Notes under the pieces: generated by a model | Database searches by the model: none | Told to the model about the DNA's origin: nothing | What the model saw: the letters and a program-made list of their open reading frames with translations, nothing else | Assembly (NCBI GenBank): GCA_965205265.1 | Contig: CBDBGH010000003.1 | Coordinates: forward strand, 1,504,001 to 1,568,000 | DNA: 64,000 nucleotides | Direction of reading: 5' to 3' | Origin: Alphaproteobacteria bacterium | Lineage (GTDB): Bacteria; Pseudomonadota; Alphaproteobacteria; Bin95 | Program-made: the position numbers and the translations under genes | In this document: positions 56,180 to 64,000 of the stretch, piece by piece | How the letters are laid out: each line of letters begins with the position of its first letter | Numbering within the stretch: position 1 is the stretch's first letter

Positions 56180-57058
56180 CTACGCGGCCGCCGGGCGGGC
56201 CGTATCGCGGACCTGGGTGCGGTGCATATGGCGCCGGCTGCCGGCGGGCAGCGTGTCGCGCCGGTGCAGGGTGCAGCGGTTGTCCCAGATCACGAGGTCT
56301 CCCGCCTGCCAGTCCTGCGTCCAGACGAAGCCGCAACGCTCGATATGCGCCCAGATTTCGTCGAGCAACGCATCGCTCTCATCGTCGGGCAGACCGACGA
56401 TCCAGGCGTTCGGGCGGCGGCCTACGCAGAGAGCCTTGCGGCCCGTCCCGGGATGGACAAGGACCAGCGGATGGATGGCCCCCGGGCGGTCTTCATTCGA
56501 GTATTCTTCCTCGTAGCCGTGGCGAAGCCGGCCGTCGGACGAGCGCGTCGCGTCATGCTTGCAGGTCAGGCCTTCGATCCGTTGGCGCAGCGCATCGGGC
56601 AGTGCGTCGTAGGCCTTGTAAAGATTGTAGAATTGCGTGGCGCCGCCGACCTCCGGAACCTCGATGCCGTAGAGCAGGCTCGCCTTGGGCGGGATGTCGT
56701 TGTAGGTCATGTCCTGGTGCCAGACGAGCTCGGAATTGCCGAGCGCGCCGGCCGGCTTCCCGTCCACGACGATATTGGAGACCACGACGATCTCGGGCCG
56801 GTCGGGGTTGAAGGGTTTGCCGCCGCGCCCTGTCGGCGCCATGTCCAGCTCGCCGAAGCGGCGCGAGAAGGCGGCGAGAGCATCGTCATCGAGCGTCTGG
56901 CCCCGGAAACGCACCACCAGATGCTCGTGCCAGGCGTCCTCTATCCGGTGGAAATCGGCATCGCCGATATCCTGCGCGAGATCGACTCCGACGATGTCCG
57001 CGCCGAGCGCCGCGCCCGTCGGCACTACTCGGATGTCCGTCGCTGCCATCCCGGGCAT
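56180..57058 (-). CDS. TauD/TfdA family Fe(II)/2-oxoglutarate dioxygenase
   Basis: WHQD, HPLVLVHPGTGRKAL, WDNRCTLHRR. Confidence 0.92.
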   Translation of the reverse strand: MPGMAATDIRVVPTGAALGADIVGVDLAQDIGDADFHRIEDAWHEHLVVRFRGQTLDDDALAAFSRRFGELDMAPTGRGGKPFNPDRPEIVVVSNIVVDGKPAGALGNSELVWHQDMTYNDIPPKASLLYGIEVPEVGGATQFYNLYKAYDALPDALRQRIEGLTCKHDATRSSDGRLRHGYEEEYSNEDRPGAIHPLVLVHPGTGRKALCVGRRPNAWIVGLPDDESDALLDEIWAHIERCGFVWTQDWQAGDLVIWDNRCTLHRRDTLPAGSRRHMHRTQVRDTARPAAA

Positions 57059-57134
57059 GTCCGCCTCCCGATATTGCTGCGGGGACGGTAGCCGAAGCCG
57101 GCGGGCAGGAAAAGCGCCTGCCGCCTCCCCGGCC

Positions 57135-58877
57135 CTATTCCACGCCCTTTACATGAACGGTCACGATGTCCGTGTCGTGATACTGCTGGTGACGCACGGA
57201 CGACGCAAGGTGCCGCAACAACCGGAGCGAGATCTCATGCTCTGCCGGCGTGCCGGCCGTATGTTCGCCCAACAGGGCGATGCGGTCCTCGAGGTTGCTG
57301 TCTTCGCCGGAGGCGACGACGAACTCCAGAACGGCTCCCCCGTCGTCGCGGGATGCCGAGACGCGAAGACGCGGGGGCCGCCGCACCTCCTTCCCGCCGT
57401 CCCGCTGCATGAGTGTCGCCAGAGCTTCTTCGCCGATGGCGTCGAGCCGCTGCGCCGTGTCCTTCGACCAGGCGTTGCGCGATGCGAATTGCCTGAGGAA
57501 CTCGCTGACGGGCCGGAAGGCCGAATCGTCGAACGCGGTTTCCATGCGTCTTCGGCGGGGCTTGGCCGCTTCCAGGCATATCGTCAGGAAAATGGCGGCC
57601 GCGCCGCCGGCCGTCATGCCGTTCTGCAGCAGTCCGCCGGCGAACTCCGCGAAATATTCCGGGAAAATCACGCCGTTCTGGAAGCCGACGCCAATCCAGA
57701 AGGAAACGCCCACGACGATCCCCTTGCGGTAGTCGATGCCGTCCTGCACCACGATCCTCATGCCGACCACGAAGAGCATCGCCAGCAGCACGGTCGCATA
57801 GGCAGCGACAACCGGAGCGGGAACGGCCAGCACGATCGCAAGCGCCTTCGGCAACAGGGCCAGCACAAGGAAGATCAGGCCGACGGCGACCCCCACGCGG
57901 CGCGCGGCCACACCGGTCAGCTCGGTCACGGATATGCTGGTCGAATAGGTCGTATTCGGAATCGTTCCGAAGAGGCCCGACAGCAGGTTGCCCATCCCGT
58001 CCGCGGCGACCGCGCCTTCCACCGCCCGGTAGTCGACGGCCCGGCGCTCGCGCCAGGAAACATGCTGAATGGCGATGGAGTCTCCCACCGTCTCGATCGC
58101 GCCGACCAGAGTGACCAGCACGAAGGCCGGAAGCAGCGTCCAGAAGGCCGGCCCGAAATCGAGGTCGAATCCCGGCCACCCTCCTTCGGGAAACCCGATC
58201 CACGCCGCGTCGGCAACGCGCCCGAAGTCGTATATGCCGAACGCGCCGCCTACCGCCGATCCGACCACGACCCCTATAACCGGCGCCCAGAGCCGCCAGA
58301 CCCCTGTCGCGGCCAGCGCAATCGCCACGATGACGGCGATGGTGACGCCGGCCGATAGAGGCGCGGCGAGCGCCGGCGCGCCCTCCGGCGCCTTGCCCAG
58401 CATGTCGAAGATGATCGGCATGACCGTTACCGCGATCAGCATGATGACGGTGCCTGCGACCGACGGCGTGAAGATGCGGCGGACCAGGGAAAGGCGCGCC
58501 GCCAGCGCGAACTGGAAGAAAGACGAAATGATAACGAGCGTGGCAAGCAGCGCCGGCCCGCCCTGCGCCATCGCCCCGATGCAGACGGCGATGAAGGCGC
58601 CGGAGGTGCCCATGAGCAGGACATAGCCGGCGCCGATGCGGCCAAGGCGCACCGCCTGCACAATGGTCGTTATGCCGCACACCGCAACCGCCGCGAAGGC
58701 AGCCCAGGAGAGATAGGTGTCGCTTCCGCCGGTTGCGCGGATCACGATGGAAGGGGTAAGGACAATTCCGGCGATGGTGAGCGCCGCGAGTTGCAGGCCG
58801 AGGCCGAAGGCCAGCGGCGCCGGCGGTTTCTCGTCGGCGGCATACCGCACATGCCGGCCTGCTTCGCCCGGTTCCAT
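57135..58877 (-). CDS. NCS2 (xanthine/uracil) permease with extra C-terminal soluble domain
   Basis: GLQLAAL, ETVGD, ADGMGN, PNTTYSTS...TGVAARRVG; about 140-aa non-TM tail. Confidence 0.85.
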   Translation of the reverse strand: MEPGEAGRHVRYAADEKPPAPLAFGLGLQLAALTIAGIVLTPSIVIRATGGSDTYLSWAAFAAVAVCGITTIVQAVRLGRIGAGYVLLMGTSGAFIAVCIGAMAQGGPALLATLVIISSFFQFALAARLSLVRRIFTPSVAGTVIMLIAVTVMPIIFDMLGKAPEGAPALAAPLSAGVTIAVIVAIALAATGVWRLWAPVIGVVVGSAVGGAFGIYDFGRVADAAWIGFPEGGWPGFDLDFGPAFWTLLPAFVLVTLVGAIETVGDSIAIQHVSWRERRAVDYRAVEGAVAADGMGNLLSGLFGTIPNTTYSTSISVTELTGVAARRVGVAVGLIFLVLALLPKALAIVLAVPAPVVAAYATVLLAMLFVVGMRIVVQDGIDYRKGIVVGVSFWIGVGFQNGVIFPEYFAEFAGGLLQNGMTAGGAAAIFLTICLEAAKPRRRRMETAFDDSAFRPVSEFLRQFASRNAWSKDTAQRLDAIGEEALATLMQRDGGKEVRRPPRLRVSASRDDGGAVLEFVVASGEDSNLEDRIALLGEHTAGTPAEHEISLRLLRHLASSVRHQQYHDTDIVTVHVKGVE

Positions 58878-58898
58878 TCCCCTCTCCGGCGTTCCGGG

Positions 58899-59957
58899 CT
58901 ACAGCGCTTCGGCTATGGCGCGGCCGAGTTCCCCGGTCGTGCCGTTGCCGCCCATGTCCGGGGTCAGCGGCCCGGCGCCTGTGAGAACCGTTTCGATGGC
59001 GCTCTCTATGGCCCTGGCCGCTTCCTCGTGGCCCAGATGCTCCAGCATCATGGCGCCCGACCAGATCTGGCCGATGGGATTCGCGATGCCCCGCCCGGCA
59101 ATGTCCGGAGCAGAGCCATGCACAGGCTCGAACATGGACGGCATATCGCCGGCAGGATTGATGTTGGACGAAGGCGCGATGCCGATGGACCCCGCCACGG
59201 CCGGCCCGAGATCGGAAAGGATATCGCCGAACAGGTTCGAGCCGACGACGACATCGAACCAATCCGGATGCTGGACGAAATGGGCCGTCAGAATGTCGAT
59301 ATGGTACTGGTCCGTGGCCACATCGGGATATTCGCCCGCGATGGTCCGGAAGCGCTCGTCCCAATAGGGCATGGTGTGGATGATGCCGTTGGACTTCGTC
59401 GCCGAGGTGACTTTCCTGCGCGGCCGCGTCTTCGCCAGATCGAAGGCGTATCGCAGGATGCGGTCCACGCCGCGCCGGGTGAACACCGTTTCCTGAACCA
59501 CCGTCTCCGCATCGGTGCCGGCATAGAGCCGGCCCCCGATTTCCGAATATTCGCCCTCGCAATTCTCCCGGATGACATAGAAGTCGATATCTTCCGGCCC
59601 CCTGCCCGCCAATGGCGAACGGATTCCCTTCAGAAGACGCACCGGACGCAGGTTCACATACTGGTCGAAGCGGCGGCGAATGGGGATCAGCAGGCCCCAT
59701 AGCGATATGTGGTCCGGCACGGTCGGCCAGCCGACGGCGCCCAGAAAGATCGCGTCGAAGGGCGCCAGAAGGTCGAGCCCATCCTCGGGCATGAGGCGTC
59801 CGGTTTCGGCATAGCGTTCGCAGGACCAGTCGAAGGTCTCGAACTCGAAATCGATGCCGTAGCGACGCCCGGCCGCTTCCAGAACCTGGACTCCTTCCGG
59901 CACGACCTCCTTGCCGATGCCGTCTCCCGGAATGGAGGCGATGCGATAGCGGGACAT
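58899..59957 (-). CDS. tartrate dehydrogenase/decarboxylase (IDH/IPMDH family)
   Basis: GDGIGKEV, PDHISLWGLL, TSATKSNGI, NLFGDILSD, FEPVHGSAPDI. Confidence 0.93.
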   Translation of the reverse strand: MSRYRIASIPGDGIGKEVVPEGVQVLEAAGRRYGIDFEFETFDWSCERYAETGRLMPEDGLDLLAPFDAIFLGAVGWPTVPDHISLWGLLIPIRRRFDQYVNLRPVRLLKGIRSPLAGRGPEDIDFYVIRENCEGEYSEIGGRLYAGTDAETVVQETVFTRRGVDRILRYAFDLAKTRPRRKVTSATKSNGIIHTMPYWDERFRTIAGEYPDVATDQYHIDILTAHFVQHPDWFDVVVGSNLFGDILSDLGPAVAGSIGIAPSSNINPAGDMPSMFEPVHGSAPDIAGRGIANPIGQIWSGAMMLEHLGHEEAARAIESAIETVLTGAGPLTPDMGGNGTTGELGRAIAEAL

Positions 59958-60045
59958 GAGGCGCACTTTCCTGATCGGGACGCGCCGGTATCGATACGGC
60001 CCGCCGCATTGTCAACCCGCCCGCGCGGGTCTAAGAGGCGCGCCC

Positions 60046-60774
60046 ATGAATGACAGCGCCGCCGAACGAGCACTCACCGCCTTCCGGCAACGGATCGACC
60101 GCTGCGACCTCGCGATTCTGGAAAGCCTGCGCGAGCGCGCGCGGGTGGTCGATCTCGTTGGGACGGACAAGCGCGCCCGCGGCCTGATCGATGTCTATCG
60201 TCCCGGACGCGAGGCCGCGCTGATGCGCCGGCTGGCGGCTACCGATAGTTCGCCCTTTCCGACCGCCTCATTGCTGAGCGTCTGGCGGGAGATAATCGGG
60301 GCGAGCTTTACGATAGAGGGCCATCCGCTGAATGTCGTGAGCGGCAGCGAGAATGCCTGGGAACGCGCCCGGAACCATTTCCGCGCGGCCCGACACTTCC
60401 GCGCGTCGAGCGCAAGCGCCGCCGTGCGCGCCGTCGCCGCCGGCGAGGCCGCTGTCGCCGTCGCGTCTCTCGACGACGACGAACCCTGGTGGCCGTTGCT
60501 GGCCGAGATCGATCCCCCGCTCCACATTGTCGCCCGCCTCCCGTTCGCGCCCGGTCTCTACCCGGTAGGCGCACCCAGCGCGCTCGTGATTGCGCGCAAT
60601 CCGCCGGACCCGAGCGGCGACGACCTTGCCGTCGCTATCGCCGCCGAAGCCAAGGGCGAGATTCTCGCGGATTGCGGCGACCGGTTCCTGGTTGCCGTAA
60701 GGAAGGCTGACGCCGATATGATCCCCGTCGGCGGCTATGCCGTTCCGATCGTTCTCAAGGAGACCGCAGGATGA
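60046..60774 (+). CDS. chorismate mutase (AroQ) with degenerate C-terminal domain
   Basis: [19 protein letters not shown]; upstream of hisC-tyrC. Confidence 0.85.
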   Translation: MNDSAAERALTAFRQRIDRCDLAILESLRERARVVDLVGTDKRARGLIDVYRPGREAALMRRLAATDSSPFPTASLLSVWREIIGASFTIEGHPLNVVSGSENAWERARNHFRAARHFRASSASAAVRAVAAGEAAVAVASLDDDEPWWPLLAEIDPPLHIVARLPFAPGLYPVGAPSALVIARNPPDPSGDDLAVAIAAEAKGEILADCGDRFLVAVRKADADMIPVGGYAVPIVLKETAG

Positions 60775-61844
60775 CCTTGCCTGCCCCCCGCGCCGGCGTG
60801 CTGGAGATTTCGCCCTATGTCGGCGGCGAAAGCGATATCGAGGGCGTCGAAAATATCGTCAAGCTGTCCTCGAACGAAAATGCGCTCGGCCCCTCGCCGC
60901 GCGCGGCGGAAGCTTTCGGGCGCATGGCGTCCTCGCTGCACCTCTACCCGGATGGCGCTTCGGATGAGCTTCGCGCCGCCATCGGCGAGGTTCATGGCCT
61001 CGATCCGGACCGCATCGTCTGCGGCTCCGGCTCGGACGAGTTGCTGTCCCTGCTGGCCCATGCCTATGCGGGACCGGGAGACGAAGTGATCTATCCGGAG
61101 CATGGCTTCGCCATGTATCCGATTGCGACGCGCGCGGCGGGCGCCCATCCGGTCGTGGCGCCGGAAACCGATTTCACCACCGATGTCGATGCGATCCTTG
61201 CGGCGGTGACGACGCGCACCAGGCTGGTCTTCGTCGCCAACCCGAACAACCCGACCGGGACCTATATTTCCGGCGACGAACTCGTGCGGCTGCGCGAGGG
61301 GCTGCCGGAGAGCGTGCTGCTGGTTGTGGACGCCGCTTACGCGGAATATGTGGGCCGCAACGATTACGCCGACGGACGCGAACTGGTCGAGGCCGGCGGC
61401 AACACCGTCATGACGCGCACCTTTTCCAAGATTTACGGGCTCGCGGCGCTCAGGCTCGGCTGGGCCTATTGCCCGCCCAACGTGGTGGACGTGCTGCAAC
61501 GGGTGCGCGGGCCGTTCAACGTCAATGCCGCAGCCCAGGCTGCCGGAGTGGCCGCGATACGGGACGCCGGATATGTCCAGGTCTCGCGCGCCCACAACGA
61601 CAAGTGGCTTCCCTGGCTGACGGACGAGGTTCGTGCGCTGGGCTTCGAGGTGTTGCCGAGCGTCGGCAATTTCATCCTGATCCGGTTTCCGGATGTCGAG
61701 GCCGCCTTCGCCGCCTTGCAGGGCCACGGCGTGATACCGCGCCGCGTGGCCGGCTACGGCTTCCCGGACGGTCTGCGCATAACGGTGGGGCGGGAGGAGG
61801 ACAACCGCGCCGTCGTCGCCGCCCTCAGGACCCTCGTCTCGTGA
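60771..61844 (+). CDS. hisC: histidinol-phosphate aminotransferase
   Basis: [39 protein letters not shown]. Confidence 0.95.
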   Translation: MTLPAPRAGVLEISPYVGGESDIEGVENIVKLSSNENALGPSPRAAEAFGRMASSLHLYPDGASDELRAAIGEVHGLDPDRIVCGSGSDELLSLLAHAYAGPGDEVIYPEHGFAMYPIATRAAGAHPVVAPETDFTTDVDAILAAVTTRTRLVFVANPNNPTGTYISGDELVRLREGLPESVLLVVDAAYAEYVGRNDYADGRELVEAGGNTVMTRTFSKIYGLAALRLGWAYCPPNVVDVLQRVRGPFNVNAAAQAAGVAAIRDAGYVQVSRAHNDKWLPWLTDEVRALGFEVLPSVGNFILIRFPDVEAAFAALQGHGVIPRRVAGYGFPDGLRITVGREEDNRAVVAALRTLVS

Positions 61845-62725
61845 CCGAGCCGATGTTCGAACGGGTTGCGCTGATCGGAATCGGCCTGATCGGCTCTTCC
61901 CTGGCCCGGGTGATGCAGCGGGACCGTCTGGCCGGCAGCATTACCGCCTGCGCCCGGCGCGCGGAGACGCTGGCAGCGGTGCGGCGGCTCGGAATTGCCG
62001 ACGACACGACCCACGATCCGGCGGAAGCTGCCGACGGCGCCGACCTCGTGGTCGTCTGCACGCCCATCGGCGCCTATGCCGCCATCGGCGAGGCTATCGC
62101 GCCCCGGCTCCGGAGCGGAGCCATCGTCAGCGATGTGGGCTCGGTGAAGCAGACCGTGGTCCGCGACCTGGGTCCGCACATTCCGGAGGGCGTGCATTTC
62201 GTGCCGGCGCATCCGGTGGCGGGCACCGAGCATTCCGGGCCCGAAGCCGGGTTTGCCGAGCTCTTCCGGGGCCGCTGGTGCATTCTTACCCCGCCGCCCG
62301 GCACGGCGCCCGAGGCGGTCGAGAAGGTAGGCGAGCTCTGGCGCCGGGCCGGCATGATGCTGGAGCGCATGACCCCGGCCCATCACGACCATGTGCTCGC
62401 GATCACCTCCCACCTTCCCCATCTGGTCGCCTTCTCGATTGTCGGAACGGCCGCAGACCTGGAACAGGACCTTCGCCAGGAAGTCATCAAATTCGCTGCA
62501 AGCGGCTTCCGGGACTTCACCCGCATTGCCGCCAGCGACCCGACCATGTGGCGCGACATTTTCCTCAACAACCGCCATGCGCTGCTGGATGTCTGCGGGC
62601 GGCTGCTGGAGGACATTTCCCGTCTTCAGCGGGCCATTCGCTGGGGAGAGGGCGAGGAGATCGAGCGGCTGATCGAGGCCTCGCGCGAAATCCGGCGCAG
62701 CCTGATCGACGCGAAGCAGGCATGA
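61841..62725 (+). CDS. tyrC: prephenate/arogenate (cyclohexadienyl) dehydrogenase
   Basis: [44 protein letters not shown]. Confidence 0.92.
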   Translation: MTEPMFERVALIGIGLIGSSLARVMQRDRLAGSITACARRAETLAAVRRLGIADDTTHDPAEAADGADLVVVCTPIGAYAAIGEAIAPRLRSGAIVSDVGSVKQTVVRDLGPHIPEGVHFVPAHPVAGTEHSGPEAGFAELFRGRWCILTPPPGTAPEAVEKVGELWRRAGMMLERMTPAHHDHVLAITSHLPHLVAFSIVGTAADLEQDLRQEVIKFAASGFRDFTRIAASDPTMWRDIFLNNRHALLDVCGRLLEDISRLQRAIRWGEGEEIERLIEASREIRRSLIDAKQA

Positions 62726-63498
62726 CGGCCATCGCCGAGCGCGCCTTCCGCGGCGAGCTTGTTGTGTTCCGGCAGCTCGGCGCGCTCGACGCATTGCTCG
62801 ACCACGCGCGCGGGATCGCTTGCGCCGCCTTCGACGACCCGGTTGGGGACGAAGGCCGGCTCGACAGCGGGTTATGGTGTGAGAAAGCCGTGGCGGCGCG
62901 GCGCAGCTTCATGCGCTCCGAGGCGGTGCCGGGCCTGCTTTGCGCGCTCTTTACCGAGCTCGGTTTCAACCCGGAGACGACTTATCGGGACCGGGCGATC
63001 CTGCGCTTCCAGCCCGGTCGCGCGGCCTGCCGGACGCGCCGTTTGCGCGATCTGCCCCCTCACAGGGATACCTGGGGCTCGAACCTGATGAACCAGTTGA
63101 ACTGGTGGGCGCCGCTGTTTCCCCTGGAGCCAGACGCAACGATGGAGATCTGGCCCGGCTATTTCGACCGGCCGGTTCCCAACAGCAGCGCCGAATGGGA
63201 CATCGAGGCCCTGCGCGCCGCAGGGGGCGGCTATCCCCTGCTGCCGGAGGCCGCAAGGCCGGAGGAGCCCGGCGAGCTTGTATTGATCGAGCCGGGAGAG
63301 CTGCTCTGCTTCTCCGGCGCCCATCTCCACGCCAGCAGGCCGAACCGGACCGGGCGCACCCGCATCAGCATCGATCTGCGCACCGTGGATGTCATGGATA
63401 GCCGGGGCGCGCCGAATGTGGACGGGCGGACGCGCCGCACCGGCTATGACTGGTTCCACCGCCTTTCGGACGGGGCCTGCCTCGCCTCGGCCAGATAG
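62722..63498 (+). CDS. hypothetical protein, probable PhyH-like Fe(II)/2OG oxygenase fold
   Basis: PHRDTW (HxD), NWWAPL, FSGAHLH, RISIDLR; ATGA overlap with tyrC. Confidence 0.65.
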   Translation: MTAIAERAFRGELVVFRQLGALDALLDHARGIACAAFDDPVGDEGRLDSGLWCEKAVAARRSFMRSEAVPGLLCALFTELGFNPETTYRDRAILRFQPGRAACRTRRLRDLPPHRDTWGSNLMNQLNWWAPLFPLEPDATMEIWPGYFDRPVPNSSAEWDIEALRAAGGGYPLLPEAARPEEPGELVLIEPGELLCFSGAHLHASRPNRTGRTRISIDLRTVDVMDSRGAPNVDGRTRRTGYDWFHRLSDGACLASAR

Positions 63499-64000
63499 GC
63501 GGCCGTCTCCGCAAAGCCCCCGAACGGGAAGAAATGCAGCCCCTCCACTGCCGGAGGCGCTTCTTCGAGGCCGGCAATGGGCACCGCCGGCGTCCAGCGC
63601 CCCGCCATCCTTAGCAGCCGGCCATCGCGCCACAGGCCCCGGAGCGAGCGCCCGACGCCGCACATCTTCGCGTATTTCAGCAGCGCGCCGGGGCTCGCCA
63701 CGCCCGGCAGCCCCACGCGAACCGGAGCCGTGTTGCCGAGGGCGGCAATCCGTTCCACCCAGCTCAACACGGCTTCGGCCTCGAACACGAACTGCGTGAC
63801 GACGGCAGCCTCGGCTCCGGCGGTGCGCGCCGCGGCGATCTTGGCTAGCAGCGCGGTGTCGCGGTCCTCCTCGGGATGGCCGGCGAAATAGAGACGTTCG
63901 AACCGCTCCGCCGCCGGTCCCGTCAGGTCTCCCGCCTCGGAGAACGGGCCGCGCGGCTCGCTGCGGTCTCCGCCGATCAACAGCGCTTCCCGCACGCCGA
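63444..64000 (-). CDS. metF: methylenetetrahydrofolate reductase-like protein (5'-truncated by window edge)
   Basis: AGHPE, VTQFVF, RVGLPG, LLKYAKMCGVG, LHFFPFGG. Confidence 0.72.
   Translation of the reverse strand, partial: GVREALLIGGDRSEPRGPFSEAGDLTGPAAERFERLYFAGHPEEDRDTALLAKIAAARTAGAEAAVVTQFVFEAEAVLSWVERIAALGNTAPVRVGLPGVASPGALLKYAKMCGVGRSLRGLWRDGRLLRMAGRWTPAVPIAGLEEAPPAVEGLHFFPFGGFAETAAYLAEARQAPSERRWNQS

Noticed and set aside
57235-60015. 926-aa minus-strand ORF
   Set aside because: Alternative frame of the tartrate dehydrogenase and permease genes

Overview
A high-GC alphaproteobacterial chromosome segment. The Rhodospirillales-like assignment is inferred from gene order (divergent tyrS/anmK, divergent ispB/DUF2007-methyltransferase, chorismate mutase-hisC-tyrC). 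It holds about 62 credible genes: housekeeping (mnmA, iscS-like, fdx, ispB, rpmE, tyrS, anmK, purB, hisC), a TRAP transporter, a trehalose operon (otsB-GH15-otsA-glk), an opine-oxidase/Hcn-like three-subunit dehydrogenase, and a purine catabolism cluster (xdhAB, puuD, uraH, puuE-OHCU decarboxylase, ureidoglycine aminohydrolase). One IS630 element with a programmed frameshift is present. No rRNA, tRNA or CRISPR array was seen. The most interesting signals are: (1) nested MITEs and REP-like palindromes with readable TIRs and TSDs, four levels deep at 25.5-26.0 kb, with a sister copy at 31.65-31.91 kb; (2) an ~840-bp non-coding element at 22.14-22.98 kb with its own promoter, an immediately adjacent terminator, multiple stems and three TGTCATG-N3-TGTCATG boxes; (3) a module of membrane LytTR regulator, DUF2141 and Tat-exported carotenoid oxygenase; (4) an NCS2 nucleobase permease fused to a degenerate RsbW/HATPase-like domain; (5) an unannotated, probably leaderless 55-aa DUF1640-like membrane protein with a duplicated promoter. 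All product calls come from recognising motifs by eye; no database searches were run.
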